DNA of 64,000 nucleotides, from NCBI GenBank assembly GCA_964036045.1, contig OZ038378.1:195176001-195240000 (forward strand), written 5' to 3'. Position numbers and translations under genes: made by a program. Position 1 is the stretch's first letter. Each line of letters opens with the position of its first letter. Positions 23,901-35,900 of this stretch are shown piece after piece. The notes beneath the pieces are model-generated. The model was not told the origin of the DNA. It did no database searches and saw only the letters and a list, made by a program, of their open reading frames with translations. Origin of the DNA: Eutreptiella sp. 'Long Island Sound 2002' (lineage: Eukaryota > Protista > Euglenida).

Positions 23901-26900
23901 GTCCCTCTACGGAGTGGTTAACAGGACACAATCCACAATGGGGAAGGTGACGTTGCGCAAGTGGTTTCTCCAGCCGTTGACACGCATCGAAGAATTGAAC
24001 GAGAGGATGGATGCCGTCGGGTTCTTTGTTGAAGTGCAAAATCGTGAGCGAGTCACCACTCTGCGAGGGTACTTGAAGCACATGAAGGACCCGCAACCAA
24101 TTTTGAAGCGGATGGAGCAGGCCAAGAGGTGTCTAAAGGGTGTAAGTTGCCTCGATTGGTAATGGCCTAGCTACCCTGCCAATGGCTTAGCAATCCTGCC
24201 AATGACCTAGTAACCCTGCCAATGCCCTAGTAACCGTGGCAATGGCCTCGTGGCCCTGCCAATCCCCTAGTACCCCTGCCAATGCCCTAGTAACCCTGCC
24301 AATGCCTCAGCAACCCTACCAATGGGCGTAAGTGGTCCGCCCGCTAACTGGGCTGTGTCAAAAGATTACGTCTAGTTTGGTCCCTGTTGGGAACGTATGG
24401 GTGCAATACGTCCACTTGCCACACATGACACTCTCGCCACCATGTGCGAGGCAGGGGTCGATAGTTCCGCCGGAACTGTGTGCTCGGGCACAAGAGAGGT
24501 GGTTGGGACGTGGGTTTCCTTCGTGATTTGGCGGCATTCAAGCCCCGTGAGCACTGAGGGTGTGCACCGATGCTCACATTCAAGACGTCGTCAGATCAAT
24601 CATATCAAGACCAATAATCATGTAGATATTTACGTTACGTTGCATGGGGTTAAGATTGGGTGTGGTGCTGATTCCATTGGATCTGGGCGCCTCAGAATAA
24701 GCGATCCCCAGTTTTTGGCTGAAAAATCCTCGTTGGGCTTGATCGCCCGTCGGCTTCAGGGAGTCTTTACCATGGGGAAAAAAACTTGCAAACCCCTGTC
24801 GCTAACCGGAGACACGAATCGGGGTGCGGCTTTCAAGGAACCCGGAACCCTCAAAACTGGGGCCTTGTACATTGGGGGCCGAGTGCAGGTTGATGTCCAG
24901 CAGCTGGTAAGTGGGTTAGGGGTCAGGGTGGGGGGACAACCCTCCCTCCTAATCATGGCGTTTTCAGAAGATACTGGGCCAAAATCCTTTTGGGCGGCCC
25001 TTTGGGACCCTGTAGTGGCCGTATTGTCGCCTGACTGTCGTGCCATTCGGAAGCAATGCAACCCGCATCTCGCTAAGACAAAATTCCAAGACCCGATGCG
25101 CTGTGCACATGGAAGAGGTGTTGCTGAACGATGCGTGAAGCAGCGCGTTCACACATTCATGCGTGTCATGAATTACCGGTGCACACAGTTTTGGAACAGG
25201 CTCTGCAATTGCTTATGGACCTTTCTTGGGGGTCATAGTATCCAACAACAATTCGTTTCACGCACTTTGATTTTGAGCCCCCCACGGACAGCAATGTAGT
25301 GCTGGCTCTAAACACCAGCGCCCCTCCCCCCCAGCACCCCCCGAGTGCTTGCTTACAAAGCGTTTATGGCACCCCTCCGAGTGTTTCACCGGAATCGTGC
25401 GCCTCGTTCAACTGCAAACTGGGTCCTACGGCCTGCATGTTGTGGACGCGAAGAGACAATGCTGGCAATGCTAGGCCCCCTTTCACAAAACGATTCGGGA
25501 ACGCCGTTTACCCCTGCACATGGGCACATGAATCAGTAGTCTGTTGACGGCGCTTTCTGCAGTAGCCTGCTAATTGTAGACATTGCCTACATGGTGGAGC
25601 TGTGAGGGGACAGTGTTAGGAGAAGGGTGAACTGCGGGGAGGGGGGTGTCCAAAGATCCAGTAGCACCGCCCGCGCAGCTGGCAACGGCAACGTCACCCC
25701 CGCCGCATCGGCGGACCGGGGGGCCGCCAGAGTAGGGCACAAACACCCTTCCCCACATCTCGAAGGTAGGGTTCGGCAGGTGAGGGGGCGGGCAAGTGGG
25801 GGTGGTATGGGGTGGGGTCCAAAGCTGATTTTGCAAGCGTCATTCGATCATTCTGGTGGCGGGTGGCTGCGCGCGCGCTCCGGCGTAGGTGGGCGACACC
25901 GACTCCGACGCGACCTGAACATTTGTTGTCGACGGATTCAATCAGCAGCTGCAGCTGTCTACGCGTGCGTTTCTGTCGTCCTCCAACTGCTTGTATTGCG
26001 ACGAACTTGGCGCCAAAACCGTGCGTAGAAGAGTGAGTGCAACATCGAGTAGAGCAACAGGTTACGTCATTCACTCGTCCAAGCCAAATGGCAATTAAAA
26101 AACACTAATCCAATACGGCCCGTCTTTCATACAAAGTTCTCCTTCATTTATTTTAAGTTGAATGGATATCAGAAAAAATTCTATTTCGAAAAGTTTGATC
26201 GTTCACCCCTGACAAATCTGACAATAGAGATTTGGGGCGTTCCATGCACTGCCAGCCAGAACGCTACAGCGGGGTTTGGGGCTGGGTGATGCCACAGGCC
26301 GACTGTTGTCCCCATCAAAAAAAAAAAACAACCCGAAGACAACATGCAAGAAATGTGACGGCTGACCCCCACAGATCTGGTCCGCTGCCGGCCACCCCTG
26401 CACCGCGCGTCCAACGCGGGTAGAGCGGCCTGGGGACAGCCGCTTTCCCGTGACCAGAGAATCCTTCATCGGGTCTGCCCCCCGTTGCGCGCGTTTCGGC
26501 GGGCAGTTTTGGCCCCGTGGCTGGCACTGGCAGCCGCCCCTGAGGCGCCGTATTGGTCTTCTTGTGGCTGTACAGCCACGGCAGGATGAAGGAGGTTTCG
26601 CCCTGTCGGGGGCGAAGTAAGAGACAACCCGTGGGCCCTCTTCAGACTCGGGAAGCTCCAAAGCCCAAAGCCCCTCCCGTTGCTCCTCATTGTTGAATGC
26701 TGAATACAGTCGTACCCCCCCCCCCCCCCCCGAGCTCCCCCTTGCGCAACCACCAAGGACACGTGGCACTAGAATGTGCTTCTGAAATGCTGAGACCAAC
26801 AAATCATGAAACATGGTACCGAAATTTTGCAAGTGGTTCTTGGAAGTGTGCAAAGTATTTTGCGAATGCCCGTTGCGCCTAGTGGAGATTGCCCATGAGA

Positions 26901-29900
26901 CTTTGCGGGCTCCAAATGGCTGCTTGTGGAGCCTGTGCCGCGCGAGCGGGGGGCCATGGGGACAGAATGCTGCATTGTCAGCAATGGGACAGACGCTCCT
27001 CTCAAGAACAAAGCCGCACAGGCTGCAGATGCCCCATTGCTGATGGGAAATGCCCCGGGAAGTGGCCTGAGAGCACCCCACCACAACGGTCTTCACGACC
27101 GCAGCACAGAATCGCTGAGGAGAAAGATCGTCAGTTTTCGAGCGCATGCAGCGCCAGTCCAACGCCGGCCCACAGGATCGTAGTCTGAGGGGCAGGGGTC
27201 ACAGTGTGAGGGGCTGAGGTGCTGATCTGAGAGGCCCGACTGTGCCTCGCGCCTGCAGTACGCTGCACGACTGGGAGCATTTGGTGCGCGCTCTCCACGG
27301 ATTCGAGTGCATCGTTGCAGAGCTGCAGGGGATCCCTGAGGCCCAGCGGGTGTCCATTCTGAGGCGCATGGTGGACGCGCACGACGCGAACACTGCGAAG
27401 CTGCTGTTTTTGATCGAGAGCGTGGTCGATTTCCAGGCCAGTGCCGCCAGCAGCCGCCTGGTCGTGCGGCACGGCGTGAGCGCGAAATTGGACGAGTATA
27501 AAAGGGTCTACGAGGGGTATGTATTCGTGCGCAGGGTGCGACGTGTTTGGAAGAGGGCGCTCCGTGGGTTTGCTGAACGCCCATTAAAACCATTCGGCAC
27601 CCGGAAAAATGTGATTTCTACCACAAATTCCACCAGCTCCCGAGTGGCACATGGTACGCGGCTGACCCACCAACGATCAGCGGTTCCCCTTGCACACTCG
27701 TGGCATGTGGGGGTGACACATATTTGCTGTTGAACACCACAGTCCCCGCTCGGCTCTCACTGGCTGCTGCGAGCCAGATATATCCGTCAGGCAGGACAGA
27801 GTGCGGGAGCACCGTCTGCACCCCCTTCACCATGCCTCTGGTCCATGCCCCCCATACACTGGCCCGCACCAGGCTACAGAGCCCCCATGATTCATGAGGA
27901 GCGGGGTTTCCTTTGGTGTTGTCGCTACCCCCCAAACGGGCGGGTGGGCAAATTTGTGGTGGGATCCCGCGATCCAGATTGAACCGACAAGAAACGGAGA
28001 AAGAACGCTCCGAGACAGGGGCATATGCAGCCAAACCTCAACAGGCGCAAGGGGACATGGGCTATGGCTCATCCCAATTTTATGTCACCGGGCGGATTGC
28101 TACCAGCAGGGCGACCTGAAAATTGCTCTGCGGGAGGGAGGGGGGGGGGGGGGGCTGGCACGGATGCCTGCCGAAGGAGGGGGGGCCGAGGGCGCCGGAA
28201 CACAAAATTTTGGCCAGAAAATTTTTTTTCCACCACACATTTTCCCCCACACATTTTCCCCCACATATGTGTACTCAAAATGATCAGCGCACCGTGGGGA
28301 TCATTTTGAGCCGTATATGTTGGGGTCGACCCCCCCCCCCGGCACGGCAGGTAGGGCACCCCCACCCCGCCACCCCCCCCCCTTGGCCGCCGTGCCGGCG
28401 GCGGCCAAGGGGGGGGGGGGGTTGGGCAAATGGGCTTCTGTGCCACCGCCCCCCCCGGTGGCAGAGCAATTTTCTTTCCGCCCAGGCATTGGGTAGTGCC
28501 AATTGTCTCGATCAGTGCGGTTTCTTCATCCAGGTGTTCATTCTGCGTAGGCCCCGCTACAAGAGCAAACGCTGCAATGTTGCTTTTTTCTCGGTGTTAG
28601 TACACACACGCATCCTCACCCTTACGGCAACACGCCACCTCAGGTCTCAAGGCCGAGGCATCCACCGTCACTGTCAGTTGGATGAGCTGTGGAGTGCCCC
28701 TCGAACTGCAACTGCCCATGCAACTACCCCTCCCAGCCAGCACCCCCCCCAAAAGAAAATTTCGCCCTCCCCTCCTGTCTGGGCCCTCCGGGCCCAAGAA
28801 CAGTGGAGATAGGTTCGGTATAGGGGTTCCTGCACAGGAGTGCTGTGGGCCGTCGGGTACAATGTGACCCCAGCAGGTCCGGCTCTAATACAGGGAGTGC
28901 TGGGCCCTGGCATGCGCTGTTGGGCGACAAACCGGTCCACCCCAATCGCTTCTGTCCATTCTCAATGGCCCACATTTCATCTCAACCGCTTTTCCAACCA
29001 CCGGTCACCGCTTTAGCAACCGTTTTCGGAGACCCCGTCAGCCTGCAGCACCTCACAAGCACGCCCACTAACATCCCCCACGCCCCACACTTGTGGTATT
29101 ATGCAGTGAAGGACAGGCATGAGTCAGATATGTGTCCAAGAGGATGGAGTACGGGATCTGCCATTGAAGGCCCGCCTACCCTTGGTCTGGCGGGGAGGGG
29201 GCATCTTTGGGCGGCTGTGGGCGGCTCCCGATTCTAGCCGTGAGCCTGAGCGCACAGTCCGGCCGACTGGCGGAGGTGGCTGTCTGCCAGCCGGCTTGAA
29301 GCCCAGCACCTGGGACATTGACCCCACGCCCCTCGCCCAATGACGGCCGCCAAACTCCGCTCACAGCGTTACATATCGGCATATTATGCATCGCAGCCTA
29401 CATATTGCGGGTCAAACTCAACGTATTACAGATCACGACCCACATATTACAGATCACAGTCTGTATGGGTACAATACACAGTCTATCTGAGATCATCGTC
29501 CAACACATAGCAGATGCCAGTCTGCATGTTGCAGATGAGGGTGTAGATAGTACAGATTTCAGCCTGTTGCAGACCACAGTCTGCACATGACAGACCACCG
29601 CCGGCATTTTGCAGACCACAGCCGGCATACCATACATTCTAAATTCTGGCGGAGTGAATGCCGCCAATGCCGTCATTCTGCAGCAGGGGGGCAGATGCCA
29701 CGGGGGTCGATGCCTGTCGATGCGACGGGTGGCTGTTCAGGGCTCCGTACGAATCCATCGAGGCCGATTCCTCTCAGACCCTTTCCCGTCCACAGGCTGG
29801 ACGACCTCTTGACGCAGGTCGCCCATCAGCAGATGGAAAGACTGCCGCCGGACTTTGAGTACCGGTTGTCAGTGGCGTATTTCCCGCAGATCGGATATTT

Positions 29901-32900
29901 GATCGTGGTCCCGATGGAATACTTCCACGCGAACAACAACGACCCCTCGATTCCCGGCCTGACGTTTCACGTGCGGATTGCCCCACTCTCTGCCCTCAAT
30001 CACGGTCCTGGTCACTAAGCCGCCGCCCTGTCACCAATACCCTCGCCGCTCAGCCCTCACCATCACCCATCATCGTTTACTCTCCTTTGGAGGGGAGACA
30101 AGGGTAGACAGGCTGGCTGGCTTGGAGGAGTGGGCCAGGGCGAGAGAGGGAGGGAGACAGGAGGCAGGCAGGCAGGCAGGGAGGGAGTGAGGGAGTGATG
30201 ATGCTTCCATTTGACGTACTGTGCACAGCCCTAATTGCCTGAGGCCTCATGGTGCGTTTTTTCGTGGCGCCGCCTCTGTGGCATTCATGGCCCTTTTTGG
30301 TGGCCCACCGCCACCGTATGTTGGCCGGGTCCTGGAACTGTTTTCCGCTGTTGCTGACCCTGTGTCAAGAACTGTGGTGAAGTTTGCGAAGGCATGGTGG
30401 AAACACTGCACGGCACACCAAAGAAAAAAACCACCGTGCAACAGCCATTTGGGGTATTTGGTCACAAAAAATGGTACCATGGAGGGTGCACATCTGTTCT
30501 CACCATCGCTCTTTTCAAAAATTAAAATACGGCCACAGGCACTGCTGGTGTCGTAGAGGAGGCCCCCCGAGTGGGTATTCAGTGTGGGGAGATCGAGGAG
30601 ATCCAGCTGAAAACGCCTTGGGGGTTATTTGCATTGGACAAAAGGAGGGTTTTGCAAGGGGTTGAACGACGAATTTACTCTTTTGGGGCATGGTGTGCAA
30701 ATAGGCCGGCAAAATGGTGGTATGTCCCGTTTTCCATACATTGAGGGCCAGGTTGGGTTTGATGTAACAAGCTCTGCACGGTGATTCCTCTCGGCCCACT
30801 TTAGGGTCACACCTGATTTTTGAGTCAAACAGTCCAATATCTGGAATATCGACGGACTGCTTTTGTGTCGCAGTTCCCCCTGCATCACCATGCCTCAGAG
30901 TACAGGGCACAGGAGGTGGTTTCCTTTAGCCCCTCCCAACCCCCTCCAGCCCGCCCCCCTGCTTCACTTCGGGGGGGTTGAGATCCGGAACTGAAGTGAA
31001 CCAAGCCCCGTGCCACAGCTGCCCGGTGAGGGGCATTTGATTATTTTTGACATGTTTCGCGGTATAACGTGGGTTATAAAGCCCCCACAGCTGATGTAGA
31101 GACCAAGAAACGTTTCCTGAACGCATCTTTGTGCTTTACCGCTGCTTTGTGCACAGGCCTGAAAAACAAAACAGAATTTTGTGACAATCTGCAAAGCAAC
31201 ACGCCTGCGTTTGGCGGGATGGAGGGCGGGGGATCCTTTTCTCAAGCGTTCACTACAACTAGTGCTACAATCGCCCGCACTTTTCCCTTTGTATTGGTGC
31301 TCGCAGTCATTGCTCCTTGTGGTAGCCAGCTTTGCAAACCTTGGTAGCTTTACTTGTTAGCGGCACTTGGGCATTTCCGCCGGCTGCCCCATGTGCTGGG
31401 CGCACGCGTTTTGCTTCCCTGAGCTTTGCAGGTGTCCCTTGCAAGCAATAGTGCACTGCCTGCTTGCCACGCTCGCCTACGCTCGCTGGTGTGCGCGAGC
31501 GGGTCTCGCAAGGGTCTGGAAAGGGGTCCCATGCGCCGAAGCACGCACCCACCGCCCTGGGTCAACGAGGTGCCCTTCCAAACCCCACCGCCCCCTCCCC
31601 CGCTGCCCGCGCGACCCCCCGTGCCTCTCTCCACGAAGCACCTGGGCGACGGCCCGCCGTTGTTGTCCCTCAGTTCATGTCGGAGGAGTTGATTTACTAC
31701 AAAAATGACGCAATGGATAAGCTGGACCTTGAGCTGGGGGATATCCACGGGATCATCGTCGGTGTCTCCACGTGCCCTGCCTGTAGTAGCAATCAGGCGA
31801 CGGTGACCGCGCGGTGCGCGTGCGCAATTCAAGCCCGCCGAAGGCATCCATGGATTTGTTTTGATTCCGACAAAGAGGGCCCTCGGCCAGCATGACACCC
31901 TCCGATGGCAGGGATGGGCTGCCCATCACCGGGTGGTGGTTGGCTGCACACTTGTCTTTCACGCCTGAGACATATGCTCGTGCGCAGTTCATGTCAGAGC
32001 CCCCTGTATGTCACGGAATTCCGGTTTTTTTTCCGGCAGCAGTTTTCATCAACGGTGCCGGACGTGCTGCTGCGGTTTGTCCCCAGGCCTGGGGCTGTGG
32101 GTACCGCATCCATCTCCCCCTCAAGGGCAGTGCACGGCATCCACTGCCTGGACACAACCACAACCTATTCAAAAGCCTCCAACCGCTTTGTAACCGCCGC
32201 CATCTGCCCCCACCCCACCCCCACCCCCACCCCAACCGCTTTTCCAACGGCCAGTAACTGCTTTGCATTAGATCTTGAGACCCCCCAACACCCCCCCTCC
32301 CCCCGTTCAAGCACAGGCCTGAACAAGAATTTTTTTTGGCCAGGGTGTTGTCCGCCTGCCCCTTCTGGACCCCCTCCCCCCCGCCGCACCACAATTTTTA
32401 GGCCGGGAAACAGTGAAAGTCACTGAAGGACAAATGTCTTTGGGCCATTTTTGGTACACAAACCGTTGGGTCTCAGACCCCCCCCATATCCCCTGTCAAA
32501 ACCCCGGTTCAGCACAGGCCTGCCCCAGTCTTTCCCATTGGTCTTGTCAACCCGGAGCAGGCCATTGCTTAGTCGGAATCCCCCTCCCCCCCCCCGGGGG
32601 TACGTCTGGGTTGGTGGGTGGGCGGCTGGGTCAGCCGGGGCTGACCAGGGGCCAAAATACCCCCCCGCCCCCTCGGGTTCGTCAGCAATTCCCTGGCCGG
32701 GAGGCGTTGCTGCAGAATGGACCATGGCTGGCTGTGACCGAGCCCGGCCGGGGGTGAGGAGTGAGGCCATGCATTGACATCAAAAAGTGGATGCAAATCC
32801 TGCCAGTTCAGATGCGCTCAGCGGCCACGCTATTCCGTGACATGGCGGTGGAGTTTGCAGATTGTCGGGTTTGCGAACCTGAAGGCGACCCATTGCGATG

Positions 32901-35900
32901 CCCTGCGGCGTGCGAGCGGCAGCAGCCAGTGAGGGCCGAGCGGGGACTGTGGTGTTCAACAGCAAATGTGTGTCACCCCCACATGCCACGAGTGTGCAAG
33001 GGGAACCGCTGATCGTTGGTGACCATGTGCCACTCGGGAGCTGGTGGAATTTGTGGTAGAAATCACATTTTTTCGGGTGCCGAATGGTTTTAATGGGCGT
33101 TCAGCAAACCCACGGAGCGCCCTCTTCCAAACACCACAGTGCACGTGACGCACGCCGTGCTGATTCCTGTTGCAGACCTTGAAGCTGACATCATCCGTGG
33201 GATTGAGGACCACATTTTATCCCCCACGATGAGCGCGTCCATCTCTAAGATCCAGTCGGCTGCTGAACTTGATTGGTGTGCCGTCAGCGGGGGCCGTTGG
33301 TGGCGGCGGGTGGTGGGAGGCGTTGCGGGTGTTCGGCAGCCCACTTCAGCTTCGGTAGTACAGGGAAGCGAGGCACGGGCATGGGCGTCTGGCGCCAAGG
33401 CGCAGGACCGGTGCAGTGCCAGCCCTCTTTGAGCAGTACCGAATGCATGTGTCTTGCAGCATCTTATCGCTTGCGGTTGTGGCGGCTGAAAACAATTACG
33501 TGCGTCCAGTGCTGACCACAGAGCGCAGGATAGAAATCGTATGTCCCTGCCTCCCGATTGGACGTGCGATCATGTGCAAGATGTCTTCCACTGATGTCCA
33601 GGGATTCGGGTTTGAGCAGTATTCGTACCTTTGCTCAAGCGCTCCACTCGAATGCAGGGGGCGGGTTCAGGGTGGGTAGGTGGTTGGGTGGGTGTATGAG
33701 AGAGCCCAGCTTTCTGGTGCATTTGGCCCATGCTGTGAAGTGTCCTGATGTGGGTCTGCCCGGATTAGCCAGAGGCCCAGCAGGACCCCCTCGATGGCTA
33801 AGCAACGATCTGGGCTGGGGCACCATTGCAAATCCATCGTCACAGGAGACGTTTTAGAGTGCGGTAGAAACAGATGTCATGGCGGGATGCATCGCATGGT
33901 GGACTGCCCCGACATTTTCTTCTCCCCGCCGCGCATTGGGTGCCATGCCACTCTCATTGTTGTCAAAGTTTGTGGAACTGTTTTTGGGTCCAGGTAACCA
34001 TGTCCCTGACCCCAAAGAGTTGATGCAGGGCTTTCTGGAGATACAATGGACAGCTTTGGTGAGGGGTGTCGAGGGTTATCAAGGTTTGCTGTGGGTTTGT
34101 CAAGGCTGCTGAGTGTCACGGACCCCTGTGCAGAGTTGGGAAGGGTTGAAGGGCGTTGTGGTGGGCTGTTGTTTGATTGCAGGCGACCGTCATCACTCCA
34201 CAATGCTCCACGACCCGCGACAGCCTCGCCACAAGACAGCCCTCTACAACCCTCACCAACCCTCACCAACTTTCCCTCTTCAGTGAAAAGGCCAGTTTTA
34301 CTTTTTGGGGACAGAGTGAATTTTGGTGTGCAATGCTGAAACAAAAAAAAAGTTCTTCTAGTGCCATGGTGCACAATACCACCAATGCCCGACGAAACAT
34401 GAGAAATCTCAGGCTCACCGGCGAGCATTGAGGCAGCAAAGTAAGCTGAACTTTCACCATACCTCAACAGTCAACAGGGCTCTCCTGCAGTCCTCATCAT
34501 TCCCTGTCAATTTCCGCCAACCCTGAAGTACCTTGATCAGGTCTCCACCGCCCTTGCCAAACCTGCAGCCGAGCACTACACTGTTTTATGGTCCATGTAG
34601 TAAATGGCGGATGTGTTGGCCGGTTGGTTCACTTCCTCAACGTGACTGCCGGGGTTAGTGGCAATGCTCGTCGTGGGTTAGGGTGTTGAGGAGTGTTTGG
34701 CGGTCGCAGGCCTGTTGAGGGCTGTGGAGGGCTTTTAGGGTTGGGAGACTGTCAATGAGCATTCCGCAGGGTTGTGGAGGGTCGGGGGGTTGCAGAGGGC
34801 TGCAGAAGGTTGCGCAGCGTGGCACAGGCTTACGAGGCTGGGGATCGTCCCACTTTCTGCAGAATTGCCGAGGGTCCTCACCAGGCCTTCGCGCCTTCTG
34901 CAGCGCTCGTTCTCCATCTCCAAGTCTCCAGGGCCCTTGCCGTTCCGACCCAGCCCGCCTCAGCCCCCTCCCCCGATTTGTCTGCACTCCTCGCCGGGCC
35001 AACCCTTGCCAACTCCATTTCTCCCATTCTGCAAAGTCCCCCAACCCTCCAACCCGGCCCTTCCCTGCCCACCCCTTGCCCACCCAATTCCCCGGCACCC
35101 GCTACAGCCCTCTACCCTACCACCCATTGCACATGTTTTTTCTGCGACAACATTGAGTGGTGCTGATTACCTTGCTGAACCAGAAAAGGTATGTGGCTTG
35201 GTGCAACAAAAATTACTCCAACGGGAGGTCTCAAAACCGGGCCCTGAGGTTCTCCCACTCCCTGGAAATGCGCTTGAAGGGGAGGGAGGGTGGAGAGTGA
35301 TCTGCAGAGCGGACCCCCCCCCCCTTTTTCAAGCGCATCCCTGCCGCTCCCCCATTTGGATTCCCCCGCTACACTGACCCCCTGTTTTTCGCAGCATAAC
35401 GGTCGACATCCGCTGCAGGAGTTGGTGGTTGACCATTTCATCCCCAATGACTGCCACATCGCCCCCAACGGTATGGTGCCTGCCACCCCCCGCCTGCAGC
35501 ATGGAGCTGTTCATCACGAACCACCTGGTAAGGCGGTGGCAGGCTGTCGTTGCGGAGGCCAACGAGCAGATGCCTCCCAGTAAAGGTGGGAAATCCCAAT
35601 ATGAAACCGGAAACCGGGTCTGTACCGCACCCAGCGTCCACGGGGGAGGGGTGCCCCGTGCTCCCTGACGCGCCCCCTGACAGGCTGTACCGCACCCTCA
35701 CGTCGATTGGGCAATGGCCGGAGCAGCGGATTCATAAGCGCATTGTTGGAAAGGAATGCGACCCATCATTTTGGATTCATTGTGGGCACATCAGACAAAC
35801 AGTTCGCATGGGAAAGGCCGCCTCTTGCGGGGCCCAAACTTAGTGATCTCAGTGCGGCCCACCGCTTCCTTCCTCCTGCCCGTCCCCCTGCCCGACTTTC

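Noticed and set aside
24161-24320. Regularly spaced repeats as a CRISPR-like array
   Set aside because: The units are contiguous with no unique spacers, in a eukaryotic intron; this is an ordinary minisatellite.
24397-25299. 300-aa ORF in intron 10
   Set aside because: No motifs or coding-like bias; it overlaps repeat sequence.
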